A stretch of 64,000 nucleotides of DNA from the human T2T-CHM13v2.0 reference genome, Homo sapiens (GCF_009914755.1 NC_060928.1); one strand, 5' to 3'. Shown: positions 36,349 through 49,724, counted from the stretch's first letter. Numbers and translations: made by a program. Notes: generated from the sequence alone by a model not told the origin.

Positions 36349-39300
36349 TTTATATCATGGTTGATATTTATTGGCCCCTGAAGAAAGTTCTAGTTTAGTG
36401 GGGGGAGAAAAACAAGTATACAACTAGCACTTTTTAAAAAACCCAAAATTATAATTTTTGTGTTTGTCTCTTCCACTAAACTAGAACATCCAAGAATCCT
36501 GGTGTACTGATTAAATAATACCATAAAATGAGGTTGATTTGCTTTAGAAGAACCATTCAAAATACAAAGTAGAGCCACCTGTCTGAGGTCGCTTGGCTGG
36601 TGTGTGGGAGAATCGGGGAATACTTTGCACATGGGGTCTGTGACAGTCAGACAGGCAGCATCTCCTGCAGACACTGAACAGCAGAGGCACAGGCCCAGAG
36701 TTCACACTTCCTGAACCCAGGACCCCTTCCCTCCATTTCCCCCAGCACCATCTGCCACACAGAGGGGGTGGCTGTGTGGCCAGTGGCCAAGGACCATATG
36801 GATGTGGACCCCAGACTCTGAGCTGGACACCACATCTTACCCTTCACTATATCGCAGCACCGAGCTGGGGCCTGGCCCAGGGTGGGCCCTCCAAGGCTGT
36901 TTGTGAATGAGTGAGTGAAGGGACAAGTGAAAGAGCGGCCATGTTGTGATGGCAGGAATGGCCTTCTGGGTGGAAGGGGGAACGTGGGGACCCCAAAGGA
37001 CCAGACCAGAGTGCAGGGAGTGGCTGGAGGTGAAGCCTACGTGCAGGGCTGGGTCTGACGGCAGAGACCTGGCCTGTCTGGGGAGCTTGGAGCTTTGCAC
37101 CTGGGAAGGGAGGGGATTGTGAACAAAGCCCTTCAGCTTCCGGAGTTCCTCTGCATGCTCTATATGCCCGGGGTCCTAGGCAGTGACAGCCCATCTGGAC
37201 AGCCTCTGTCTGCCCCCACAATGATCAACGAAAATGTGACCCATCAGCATCAATGTGAAGCCGCTGACTGCCTATCAGCTTCCACGCACAGACAGGCTCA
37301 CCACCCACGTTAGACACCCCCAATCCTGTACACTTGGTTTCCCGGGCTCCTCAATGACAGGGTATTTAAAATGCACTGTCTTGATTCGCTGAAACCCCAA
37401 ATTCTTGACCAAAGTGCAAAAAGGCATGATTTCCAATGTTTCCACTGCTCAAAGGCCCTGAGAGCCCAGAATGAGGGTCTCGGTCTCCCAACATCTCTCA
37501 GTGCACCCCTGAATTGTGCAGGAGTCATGCAAAGCACCGAGAGCAGCCCCCCTCACTCTGTGGGGGTGTCAGTCACAGCCTTCCTCCCTCCCTGCTTGCC
37601 CCCCACTGTCCCTACAAGGGCAGGAGACTACACTTCTATTTTATCCACTTCTATTCAGTCTTGGCCAGGGCTTTCCTGGAAGGTGGAGCCAGGCATGCAA
37701 GGTGGGCCAATTGATGTGTCCATTGTTTCCAGCCTCCTCTCCAGCCCTGAGCATCTGCTGGGAGCAGGAGGAAAAGGCGCGTGGGCTGGCTTCACATCTG
37801 CTGGCCCGACATGGCTGCCTGCCCTGGCACAGGTCCCAGTGCCACGTGACCGCACTGCTGGAGGTGGCTGGGGATGATGGCTACCTGTTTCCACAGGGTC
37901 GCTCCCCTGCCCACCCCGCCGTTCATTCCTGAATTCCATCCCAGAGGCAGGCAGACAAGAGGGAAAAGCCCCAGGCTCTATGCCTCCCAGCTGTAGGACT
38001 CTGAGATTTCACTGCACTTCTCTGAGCCTCAGTTTCATCTGCAAAATGAGAGGATAAAACCTCCACTGTAAGGATGAGACAGGGTATGGCAGGAAACCTT
38101 CAAGGCAGGTGTGGTCTGCCAGGCTGTCCTCTCATCCAAGGGGACACTGGGCACTCCTGCCCCCATGCCAGGCACTGCACTGGGTACTGGAAATGAAGGA
38201 GCTAAGACTCAGCTGCTCGGGGTTGAACAGAGGAGCAAAGGGATGATGACCGCAGGGCCAGAAGCATCCTGATGCCGAGTGTTCCTACAAGATGGTCCAG
38301 AGGGACACAGGGTATGGGCACTCGATTCTTCCCTGGGGTTTGGATTGAGCCTGCTGGGCAAATGGGCATCTGCCAAGCCGACACACAGGGAGGACACTCT
38401 AGGCAGAGGGCACCGCGTGTGCAGGGTGGAGGTGGGGGAGTGCCGCGCTGGGGTCTCGAGCTCGAGGAGATGCATTCCAGTCTCTGGGGCCCATCCTCAG
38501 GTCCAGCCTCCAGAGGTCAGACTGCAGAGGGACCCAGAAAGTGGAGCCATGGCTCCAGCTACTAATAGAAGGGGATGGATTTGAGAAGCAAAGACAAAAA
38601 CTTGACTTTTAACCCCCCGGTGGAGAATCAGCCATGTTGATCCCAGAAATCAACCCAGCCCTGGCCGAGGGTGCCGGTGGCGGGTTCTTCCCGACTGGGC
38701 GTGTTGCAGGACTGAACGGCTGGCTCCCTTCTGAGTGCTCCTGTGTTGGAGTGAGTGGCATCTGAAGGATACCTCATCTTCACCCTTTCTTCCTCATCTT
38801 CATCCTTTCTTCCTTTCAATAGACTAGGATAGGAATCCTCACACTGAGTTATACCCTGTGAGATCAATGTTTCCTGCTCCACACCTTCGGGGATCCCAGC
38901 GAGCCAGTGTTCCCGGACCCTGCACGGCCTGTGGCCAGCTGCCTCCCACCACCCCTTTGCCGAGGCTGCTCTCCATGCCCAGGGCAGGTCCTCGGGTTCC
39001 TGCTCCAGCTCTTGTGCCTCCCCTAGAAAGCCAAAGAGTGCAGAGTGGGTGCCAACCCCCACCTGCTCCTCAGATGCTGTGGGTGCCCCAGGTGATTATG
39101 GAGCCTGCTCCCTGCACTGTCCTTTGCCCCATCCTGGTCACTGGTCTGTGTCCCAGCTGATCATCCAGACGTCCTCAGGATCCAACACAGAGCAGAGGCC
39201 AGTGAACACTTCTCCATCCCTAGCCCTGGCAGAGGTGATGGTAGCATTTAGCCAAGAAAAGCTTGAGGGGGCCGTTTGGGAGCTGGGAGCACCACAGCCT

Positions 39301-40791
39301 GCCCTGTGCTGCTGGCTTGACTCAGGGAACTGAGTCTCAGAGCCAGTTGCAGGCCCAGCCCTCCCTAGCGCAGTCCCTTTTTTGGCGACTCGGCCAGTCA
39401 AGGGCCCATCAATGTCAGGACATGTCTAGATGTGAGGGCGAGAAGCCCTTGGGCCTGGCTGAGGGGCCTGGGTGGGGTTGGGAGCTGAACTGAGCCCCAC
39501 CAGTTCTGTGGACACTCACCGGGCCCTTCTAGAGATGGGAGCACCGGCGGAACCTGGAAGACTATGGGGCAGCCCACTCACCTGGGCCCCGGCTGTGTCT
39601 TGGTGATCGCCGGTGCTCCCTGTCTCGGGAGCCATTGGCGTCTGCCCCGCAGTCCTCCTTGGTGAAGTGTGGGTGGGGTAGATTTTGGTGTGTGGCTTTG
39701 CTCTGTTTTCTGGCTGCAGGGGCAGAGGAAGGATGGAGAGGAAGCATGTCTTCATTCAGTGAGCACTGACTCCTACCACTCTGCTGGCACCAAGGAAGGG
39801 CAGGGGTCGTGGGCCTGAGGAGAGGAGGCCCAAAGAGACACCAGAACACCCAGGCAGGGAGGCAGCAGAGAAGCTTCTCCCCTCGTCACCTCCCTCCACC
39901 CTGGGACCTCAGTTTCCCATCCATAAAATGAGGGTGTCAGCCTCAGCTTTCTGGAGGCCCTTCCACTCTGACAGCCTGCAACGTGTTCCGTGAATCGCTC
40001 CTTCTTTCCCCCGAGACTGTTAGGTGACTGGCAGCCTGACAGCTTTGGTAGACAGAGCAAGGAAAACAGATAGCATTTCTTAAAAGACAGACGTGTGCAC
40101 ATTTGAAATTACAAACTGCAAATTGGCCCGCGCAGTGTGCTGACGCGGCAACACTCCCTGCCCGGCTCCGCCTGTGATGCGTGTGTCCCAGAGTGGCTGC
40201 TGGCGCCTGGGATAGCAGAAAGATAAAAGGCATCTTTTCTTTCTCTCCTCCCTGCTGCTTCTTCTGTTCATTCATTCACCTCACTCACTTCATTCATTCA
40301 GCAGCCATCGCTCAGCACCTTTTGTTTGCCAGGCACCACACTGCACAGATTCCACACCTGCCCCTCTGCCCCACCCATCCTATCTGTCTTGCACCTGCCC
40401 GGGTCCACATTTCTGCCCAGGCTGCTCCCTCTTCCTTGGACACCCAGTCCCCTTTCCCTTGGACAGCCACGTTCAGCTCTCCAGGCTCCACTCGGAGGCT
40501 CTTTCCTGCCTGAGTCTCTCCTTGAGGCTCTCCTCGAGGCTCTCCTCACAGGTCCACCGTCCTGGCTCTGTGTTCACCTGCACGGCCACCCTTGTCTGCT
40601 AGATTCAGAGCCCTCAGGGAGCATGGGCCACAGCTCATTCAGCTCAGCTCACCAGAGCTCAGCACAGGGCTGTGCAGAGAGTAGACACTCAGTAAATGCC
40701 ATTGAATACATGCAGGAGAGAGTGAGTGGTGGAACTCAGATAATAGGTAGATGGAGGGATGATCAATTGGATGGATATTAGATTAATAAAA

Positions 40792-41581
40792 GATGGATGG
40801 GAGGATGCATAGATGGATGGATGAGTGGATGGGTGGATGGTTAGATGGATGGGTGGGTGGATGGATGGATGGATGGTTGGATGGGTGAGTGAATGGGTGG
40901 GTGGGTGGGTGGGTGGATGGATGGATGGATGGATGGATGGATTGGTGGGTGGATGGATGGATGGATGGATGGATGGATTGGTGGGTGGGTGGTTGGGTGG
41001 GTGGGTGGATGGTTGGATGGATGGATGGATTGGTGGGTGGGTGGGTGGATGGTTGGATGGGTGGGTGGATGGGTGAGTGGATGGGTGGGTGGGTGAGTGG
41101 ATGGGTGGGTGGGTGAGTGGATGGGTGGGTGGGTGGATGGATGGATGGATGGATGGATGGATGGATGGATGGATGGATTGGTGGGTGGGTGGATGGATGG
41201 ATGGATGGATGGATGGATGGATGGATGGATGGATGGGTGGGTGGATGGATGGATGGATGGATGGATGGGTGGATGGGTGGATTGGTGGGTGGGTGGATGG
41301 ATGGATGGATGGATGGATTGGTGGGTGGGTGGATGGATGGATGGATGGATGGATGGATTGGTGGGTGGGTGGGTGGGTGGATGGATGGATGGATTGGTGG
41401 GTGGGTGGATGGATGGGTGGATGGGTGGATGGGTGGGTGGGTGGATGGATGGATGGATGGATGGATGGATGGATGGATGGATTGGTGGGTGGGTGGATGG
41501 ATGGATGGATGGATGGATGGATGGATGGATGGATGGACAGATGGATGAATAGGTAGGTGGGTGAGTGGGTAGATGGGTGGA
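40792..41581. repeat. (TGGA/TGGG)n array, about 0.8 kb, highly regular
   Basis: Direct reading; source of the MDGW/PSIH ORFs. Confidence 0.97.
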
Positions 41582-42762
41582 TTTACGAGTAGCTAGGTAA
41601 ATGAACTTAATAAGACAGGCACACAAACACCCTGCCACTCTGAGAACTAACTTTTAATTCATCTATTTGAGGACAATCCATCTTCTTTGGAATTTTCCAG
41701 TGACTTCTAAACTTGACCCTGGATAAAGTACTTCTGAAAGTGCCACCTAAATAAAGCTTCAAAGGGCAAATGATATACAAGTCACCCAGGGTGGGGCCTC
41801 TGGGGCCCCAGAACAGCTTCAATGCCGTCATCAGGGTCCCCATCATCCTGGAGACTTGGACCTCTGTCTCTGCCACAGCCATTGGGTACAGTGGAAGTCC
41901 CAAATCTGTCTCATTAGAAATCCTTTGTTCAAGCTATTTCAGGATGCTGGTTAGGGTGGGCCAGGTGCAGCACCAGAGGCTGTGATGATTTTCCTGGTGC
42001 TTGTGCTGTTATGCACGGCCGTTGTTCTTTCTACAGGAGACTCACGTGGGTTCAGCTTCCTCATCTGTAACATGAGGTTGGCTTGGATGCTGGCCATGAG
42101 TTCTTCCCATTCTGACACTGCCCACAGCATTAAGTCTGAGCCCCTCCGAGTAGACATCAAGGCTGGAGATGGACCCAATCAGCCCAGTGCTGGGGCTCCA
42201 GTAAACCCAAACCACATTCTGCACCCCCAGTTGGTTTGGTGCCCACCTCACCTTCCTCCCAAATGTCCACCCAGCAGATAGTGAGACCCTGCTGTGTGCC
42301 CACCTGCCTTCTCTCCTGCACCTGCCTCTGGCTCCTCTGCACCCGGTGCCCAGGAGCTGTCTCCAAACACAAACTCGGCCATGTCCTGCCCTGCTTTCAA
42401 GCCCCACAGGGGCTGCCCATGATTGGCCCACCTGGCCCACGTCCTCTCCAGCCCATCCCTAGCCACACTCCATGCTTCTTATTTGTGGACCACACTGGTG
42501 GGTTCTCTGAGGTACCTGAGCTCCACCTGTCCCGGGCCTCTGCTGGAGTCCCCTGAATGTGGCTGTCTTTGGGCAGGGCTGATCCTTCACTGCATAGACC
42601 CAGACCCAGGGCCCCAGCGCAGCAGCCACAGCAGGTCTGTGGGGGATATGGAGACCCGGGGCACTGGCCACCGTTGCTTGAGGTTTTTCCATGCTCAGAC
42701 TTGTTAAAGGGGTAAAGCTGGACGATCCTAAGGGTAGTACTGCCCCTTTTCTTTTGGACCAG

Positions 42763-42839
42763 GTAACCTGGGCTCACAGCTGGTGGAATATAAAGAAGAA
42801 ATGTACATCACGTCAGACTGTGGTCACACCTGGCGGCAG
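42763..42839 (+). CDS. SORCS2: SORCS2 exon 12 (77 nt), Asp-box TSDCGHTW
   Basis: ttttggaccag|GT AAC; encodes GNLGSQLVEYKEEMYITSDCGHTWRQ; donor CAG|gtaagc. Confidence 0.98.
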
Positions 42840-45800
42840 GTAAGCTGGCTGGGAGGTGCCTGGTACCCCCCACCCCATCCAGCCGGGACCCTCAGGAGAC
42901 ACTTCTGTTCTGTCATCCCGTCCATTCCAGAGGCTCTGTGGGAGAAGCTCTGAGCCATGTCTCCCATCTTGCAGCCAAAGTGGCTGGAGCCAGGGCTCAC
43001 TTTAGCAGATGTGCATCTGCTGGGTTTGAAAAGCAAGTCCAGGCAGATGGCTCGGACCACCCAGCTGCTCTTCCCATGGCCACTGATAGGGAGTGACAGA
43101 TGCAAGAAACGTCTCCACACAGTTGGACGTGTCACTGCGAACATCTGAGAAACGGGGATAAATGCCAGGGAACAGCACAGGGAGGAGGTCCCAGCCAGGG
43201 AGCCACATGGTGCTTCTGAGCCTTGATTTGGGCTCTTTTGGGAGCCCAGAGAGAGGCCAGGAGGGGGCTACGGGGGACTCCGGGTTCCTGGCAGGGGCTG
43301 TGGACACAGCAGTGAAAGAGAATATGGGGGGAGGAGCAGGTTGTGGGGGTCATTGTGAGTCTAGGTTGGGGTGTCTGGGGGCTATCCCAGGGCCCGAGAA
43401 GAGAAAGGAAGTGAGGAGCGGAGAGGAAGTGCACACTTACGCAGGATGCGGCCACTCCCACCAGCACAGGATGGCCTGGGCAGGGTCCCTCTGTGCTCCA
43501 TGCAGCCCCACGTGGAGCTCAGATTCGCAGACCAGAGGCAATGGTGCTGATGGCCCTCAGGGTGTGGAGAAAGCGAGGCTGAGGGAGGGATGCCAGTCGG
43601 TACCACGTGTCCTGCGTGGTCCAGGCAGCTCTAGGATCCACGCCTGGGCTCCCCACCCCAGGAGGGGGCACCGCCTCACTGTACACTGGCTGTTTCTTTC
43701 CAGGGGGCGGGGAACATGGTCTTTCTGGCTGAAGCTGGCCTGCCAACCTCATGGAGTGGCAGTGTCTGCTTTATATACTGGGGAAATGAATCAAACTTAC
43801 ATATGGCTATCTCCTTCCAGACAAGACGTTCTGTTTGAGGTCAGTGTTTTACACGCCCGAGTACCCCAGCCACGGCCCCCCTCCCACACAGCAATGCTCT
43901 GGGCACACGTGTTGATCCCAAAGTGCAGGCTTCACCTGCAGCCTGGGTTGAAGGCCTTGACGTTTTTTAAAAATATGCAAGAAACATAGAACTTTCAAAA
44001 GGGCAAAGGCGATTTATTGTATTTTAATATTTCTATTTCACTAAAACTAGTGAAACATGTTTGAAGCTTCTTAAAGGTCACGTCTGTCCATTTATTAGAG
44101 AAGATTCCCCCGTATTAGATTCAATAGACAGGGTGAAATAGAAGGTGTTCTGATTTTATAGAAACGGATTGCAAGATAGTCATAGCAGTCGCTTTTGCCG
44201 AGGAATTTGCTTAGATTTCAAACTTGGGAATATCAGAATTAAATGGGAGAGCATCTGGGAAAGTGCTGAGCCGAGGCCTGGCCAGGGCAGTGCTTGGTGC
44301 TTCCCGAAAGATGGCGCAGTGCAGGAAGGAGAGGGGCTTGCCTGGCTGGCGGTACAGGACAGGCGCCCAAGGGGCAGGCCTGTGCGTGTGGCAGGGGAGG
44401 GAGAGATGCTCCTGTGGGTTTTTTTTTTAAGTTTCTTGGGGTGGGCTGAGGAGGAAGGATGTCCAGGCAGGGGCAGAGTGGGACAGAGGCAGGGAGGGCA
44501 GGGTGGTGAGCCCAGGACGGTCTCCGTGGCTTCCTATCGTGCCCAGGTTGTCAGGGATGCAGTGAGATGCGTCTGAGAGAGAACTCAGAATACGAATGTG
44601 GAATGCCAGAGTGCATCTGGTTTAATCGACATAACCTTTCAAAAACATGAGTTTCCTAGGATGTTTTGTTTAAAGCCAGAAAACATTACAGAGCCCCTGG
44701 CTGAAACTCAGTGTGTGGGGGAGGCAGGAAAAGGGTGAAGTGGGGACAGGCTCTCTGCTCTCCCCACCCGGCCCTGCTGCTTGCTCAAGGCGCAGGAAAC
44801 CACAGGAATGGGCGTCTGAAGAGCCTGCAGCCTGCCAGTGGGGTTTGGAAAACCCTGGAGCCACCTTTTCCCAGAGCCCCAAGCTAATGAGAGCAGACGT
44901 CATTCCCAGGATGGCCAGGAGGCACTCCATTCGTCTCCTCCTGGGTGGATGCAGCATCGCCCTCCTGCCCACGCTTGGAGAGGAGGGTGGCTGGGGCAGG
45001 CGTCCAGGTGTCCCAGTGCAGAGCCCTGGTGTGCACCGGCTCAGGGGGCCAGCTCAGTACCAAAGGGAAATTGCACTCCAGGACTGTTGGGCTCTGGGAA
45101 GCCCACTCTCCTCTCACTGCACCACACCCTGCTGTTCAGCAGCCCCATCTCTCTCGGGGGACCCCCAAAGCAGTCGTTTAGGCTCCTGGTGGAGCCAGGG
45201 AAGGGGGCTGCAGCCACGCCCTCAAAGGGTGGGGAATCATGCTCGGGCATGGCAGGTGGGCTTATCCACGAGGCCCCTCTCCTCCAGCCTCACAGGACCC
45301 AGCGTGGTCTCCGAAACCCGCCTGGCCATGCACGCGTTCCACTGCTGTCCTGGTGAGGGAGCCTCGCTTCTCCTCAGATGTTCCCCGAGACAGAGAGCTC
45401 ACTCCTTCCTGGAGGGGAGCCCTTTGCTTGGGAATTCATTTTCCTCCTAAATCATTGTGGGAGCCTCTAACGAGCCCCTGCCCCTCTGGTCCGTCTCTCC
45501 CAGCATCCGAGGAATCTTCTGAAAGGGAATGTGCTCTTGTGACTCCCCAATCAAGCCTTAGGTGTCACACCGGCCTCCAAGCTGCTCATCTGTCCCGGGG
45601 CCTCTCCGTGTGCCCCCAGGGCTCCCGCCCCAGCCACGTGCTTCCTGCTCCCTGGACACAGCTGCCCTCCTGCCCTCCAGGCCTTTGCCCCTCTGTCTCC
45701 AGCCTGTGATGCCCTTGTGCCTCCGAAGGTTTCCCCAAGTTCCACTTGCCCTGTGAACCCCTCCCTGGGCTGCCCGCTGACTCAAGTCTGGACTTTCCCT

Positions 45801-46735
45801 AAAACAAAATGTCATTTGTCCACAAAACATTGGCTGAGCCCCTCGTCCTGTGGCAGGGCCTGAAACTGGGCTCGAGGGTAAAGATGACAGGGCCCCCTCT
45901 CTTTGCTGGTACCCAGTGGGCAAGTCACTGTCACTGTGCAGGGATGATCTGCCTCCTTGGGGGTCTCTCCCTAGGCTATGAATCTGTAGGGGCCAGGCCT
46001 GCATCTATGCTGGCATCCCCAACAGAGAGGACCCAGACCAGTGGGTCTGTCGGATGGGTAGATCAATGGGGAGGAGAACTGTGGAACGTTCTTCTTCATA
46101 GTCCCCTAAAATCTGTGCCTGTGACACCCTAAAGCCTATAGGCCATCAGCTCCCTTGTCCAGGAAACAATTTCTATGAATGTAGCCATAGGCATTGTGCT
46201 TCTCCAAGCACTTTCCTGAGCTAGCATCAGGACAGAGGATCCCGACATGGCAACTCCCCTGCCCCCGCTCCACCCCCGGGGGCAGACAGGGCCGTGAACC
46301 TCGGAGGGAGCACAGAGCATTGGGGGACATCTGGGGAGCCCCCAGGTTAACTCTGAATCCCCACTCCAGCCTGCGACCCCACCACCCACAAGAGTGTGTC
46401 TCCACCTGTGTGGGGGCAAGATGTCCACAGACAGAGTCCCCGTGGAAGGGGCAGGGGTTGGTGTCTGGCAGTCACCAGCTGTGTGGCTTCAGGCAAGTCA
46501 CTGTGTCTCTGAGCCTCAGTGTCTCTGGAAAGTGGGGAAATAACCTGTGAGCCTGGCTGCTCTTCAGTGAGATCCTGTGTGCAGCATGCCTCACGGCACA
46601 AGGTGCCTGCCTGGATCCTGCAAGTCCCTGATGGGCAGCAGCACCCCCACCAGGGAGGGGCTTAATCCTTCTTGGCCCTGGTGGCACCACCCCTCTGTGT
46701 CATTTGGCATCACCTGACAGACCCCCACTCTAAAC

Positions 46736-46866
46736 AGGAAGGAGAAAGGAGGAAGGGAGGGAGAGGGGAAGAGGGAGAGAAGGGGGAAGGGAGGGAGAGA
46801 GAGAAAAAAGGAGAGAGGAGGGAGGGAAGAAGAGGGAGGGAGGGAGACGGGAAGAGGGAGGGAAGG
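46736..46866. repeat. About 130-bp GA-rich polypurine tract
   Basis: aggaaggagaaaggaggaagggagggagagggg... with almost no pyrimidines. Confidence 0.9.
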
Positions 46867-48076
46867 TTTTGGGACATAGCTGCTCACCCTCCATCATTTT
46901 TCATAAGGATCCTCTCTTCTTTATCCAAGGTAAAAGTGCTTCCTGGAGAATTCCTAAGAGCAGTGGGAAATGGCAGCCGACTGTGATAACCAGGAGGAAA
47001 CGCCTGGGGAAGGGCTTTGCAGGGAGGGCAACGGCACATGCAGAGAGCCTGGGTGTATTCAGGGAAAGGAAGCAAGGTCAAGGTGGGCAGGGGCCCCTCC
47101 TTCAGGGCCCTGAGGCCGTGGTAGGATTTGGGCTTGACTGTAAGTGTCACGGAAGCATTGGAAAGTTCTGGTGGGGTTGAGGAGCATGGGGGTCAGGGTA
47201 CCTGCTGGACACCAGGGCCAAGGGTGTGGCCTGCCGGCCCCCACCCAGGTCTGCTGGGGTTCATGTTCTTGCAGTGTGGATTCTCAGTCCATGTCCTCCC
47301 CAGGGCCTTCTGCTGGCTCCTGGAAAACCCAGCATTCAGACTCCGAGGGAGACTCCATATGGAGGGGCAGAGGGAAGACGGGCGCAGATGCTTCTCTTTC
47401 CAGCGTCCCCATGATTGTTCCCCAGCTGCCCTTGAATGTCCCCCTGGAGCCTGGGGTACCCCCAGCCCAGCCCCCTGGGCACAGTGCACATGAGGCCCCG
47501 TTAGGCTCTGCACCTGCTAGGAAGGGGTCAGCCGAGCCTCCTTCCTTATCCCGCCCCACATGCTTGTTCCTGGAAGCTCTGCACAGCTGTGCCTTCCCGG
47601 GAGGCCCAGGAGCCCAGCTCATGTGGATTTGTCCACGGTCCCCAAGGGCTCGCTGAGTCTCTGAGCACACTGAGACGGATGAGCGTGCTGGCCCTAGTGG
47701 GGTCTGCCTGGGGTGGCTGTCCTCTGTCCCCTCCTGGGCTTTCCTGTGTCCTGCTGTGGGCCACAGGCCTGGGAGACAGATGGGCAAGGGTGGGAGGGCA
47801 AAGGGGGCCACTTTCGAGGAGGGGCGGTATGGGGCGAGGGCGATGTGTTGGAGATGGCTGTGCCCTTACTGGGCATGTTGAGACATGCGCTGGCCGCCCA
47901 CACATGCATGTTCACTGGAGATTTGGGGCAGGCCCCTTGTGTCCTGGTGTGACTTTGGAGCCACCACCGGCTCTGCCACCTTCCAGCTGTGAGGCCTTAG
48001 CATACCCTCCACCCCTCAGAGCCTCAGCCTCCTCATGTGTACAATGGGACCCCATCCTGGGGCTGTTTGCCAAGCG

Positions 48077-48160
48077 AGGCCACCCTCAGTGTCCCCTCCC
48101 GGGTGAGCCCTGTCCAGGCCACCCTCAGTATCCACTCCTGGGTAAGCCCTGTCCAGGCTA
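48077..48160. repeat. 39-bp tandem duplication (2 copies)
   Basis: aggccaccctcagt.tcc.ctcc.gggt.agccctgtcc at 48077 and 48116. Confidence 0.85.
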
Positions 48161-48189
48161 CTCAGCCTTTTGTCCCTTGGGGATCTGGT

Positions 48190-48450
48190 GGTCGGCCATT
48201 CATTCACTTGTTCACTGATTCATTCCACACATACTCCCTGGCACCAAGGTCTGAGCTGAGCTCTGTGGGGCACAGAAGGCTCACAAGTGGCCCTGTCTTT
48301 GAGGAGCTTTGGACTGAAGAGACAATGACAGATGAGCATAGTAAGTGTTGGGCCAGGGGCTTGGAGCCCAGAGGCCACTCCCCACTCAGTCTGGCATCAG
48401 GGAGGGCTTCCTGGAGGAAATGGCACTTGAGCTGAGTCTTCATGTCAAAT
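48190..48450 (-). mobile_element. L2 3' relic, antisense
   Basis: cattcattcacttgttcactgattcattcc...tcagggagggcttcctggaggaaatggcacttgagctgagtctt. Confidence 0.65.
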
Positions 48451-48827
48451 TGGGGTTTGCTTTGACTGAGGCTGTGTATCGTAAATATTTTTCTGTTTCT
48501 TTCTCATCTTCATGTTGCTGGCACTCTTTGTGCCTGGGTTTTCACATAGAGAGGGCTGCGTGCTGTGCTCATTTGCAGTTTCCTTGTTCAGGTCGATAGG
48601 GTAGAAGTTGCTGTCCGCCATTCAGTCATCCAGGGTGCGCTGAGTCCGCGTGGGCTGGGAAAGCTCGGGGATGGCCCGGGACATGCAGGGAACCCTCAGA
48701 CCGGCCTTGGCCTCTGCCAACAACCCCCGGCTGCACATTGACAACCCTCCTCCCAGGAGCCGCTCAGCCTGGAACAACCTCCGACCTTCTCAGGCCCTGC
48801 CCTCAGCCACACCACTCTCCTCTGCAG

Positions 48828-48919
48828 GTGTTTGAGGAAGAGCATCACATCCTGTACCTGGACCACGGCGGCGTGATCGTGGCCATCAAAGACACCTCCA
48901 TCCCTTTGAAGATCCTCAA
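48828..48919 (+). CDS. SORCS2: SORCS2 exon 13 (92 nt)
   Basis: ctctgcag|GTG; encodes VFEEEHHILYLDHGGVIVAIKDTSIPLKIL(K); donor CAA|gtaatg. Confidence 0.98.
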
Positions 48920-49540
48920 GTAATGGCGTCTGCTAGCCCCGGGGCAGGGAGGGCAGGCTGGGGCTCTTTCTTTCCACCTGGGAACCCTCTCAGACTAGTC
49001 CCCAGAATGTCCTCCCCTCGGGGACACATGATCACAGAGCAACTGCACTAAATCCTAAAGACCGGGGCTGGGACACACCTCACAAACCTTTCCTGAGGGG
49101 TCGTGGAGATGGACTTCGTCTTGCCATCGGGAGACAGGCACAGAGGGAGGCCCCACCCCAGCCTGGGGAGCAGGGAGGGCCTTCCCCGAGGAGGTGAGGA
49201 ATTAGTAAAGTGCAGGGATTGGGACCAGGTGACCCAGACAAGGAAGCCAGCAGCATATGCCCAGGTGAGAGGGTTGGCAGCTGAAGGCCGTCGTGGGGAA
49301 GGGAGGGCAGGCGTGAACTCGGGACCCAGAAGGCACAGCCGGAGCAGCTGCCAGGAAGCCAGTATCACTGTAGTCTGAAAAAGAGATTACTCAACTGCCA
49401 GATGGTGGCACTACAATACCGGCCCTACCACGGGCCTGGCAACGCCTAGGCCAAGCTCAGGCCATGGGTGTGGCCATTCAGGGGAGGCAAAGTGTCTGTG
49501 TGGTTCCCAGAAAACACCCCCAGGGCAGTACAATGCAGAT

Positions 49541-49600
49541 AAGCAGATGTAACATAAGCAGATGTGATATGAGCAGATGTGACATAAGCAGATGTGGTAT
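49541..49600. repeat. 15-bp minisatellite, 4 copies (AAGCAGATGTGACAT-like)
   Basis: aagcagatgtaacat aagcagatgtgatat gagcagatgtgacat aagcagatgtggtat. Confidence 0.92.
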
Positions 49601-49724
49601 CACCTGCACTGGCAAGGTTGGCTAGTGCAGCCTCCGCCCCTCCAGCTGGACCCGCCGGGCAGAGTCCCAGACACAGGGAGCTTTCCAGCCCACCCCAGAG
49701 ATGCTGACGATCTTCTCCTGGCAG

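Noticed and set aside
40825-41638. MDGW- and PSIH-repeat ORFs, and similar ORFs at 3036-4187, 35276-36337 and 61855-62331
   Set aside because: Tetranucleotide microsatellite artefacts.
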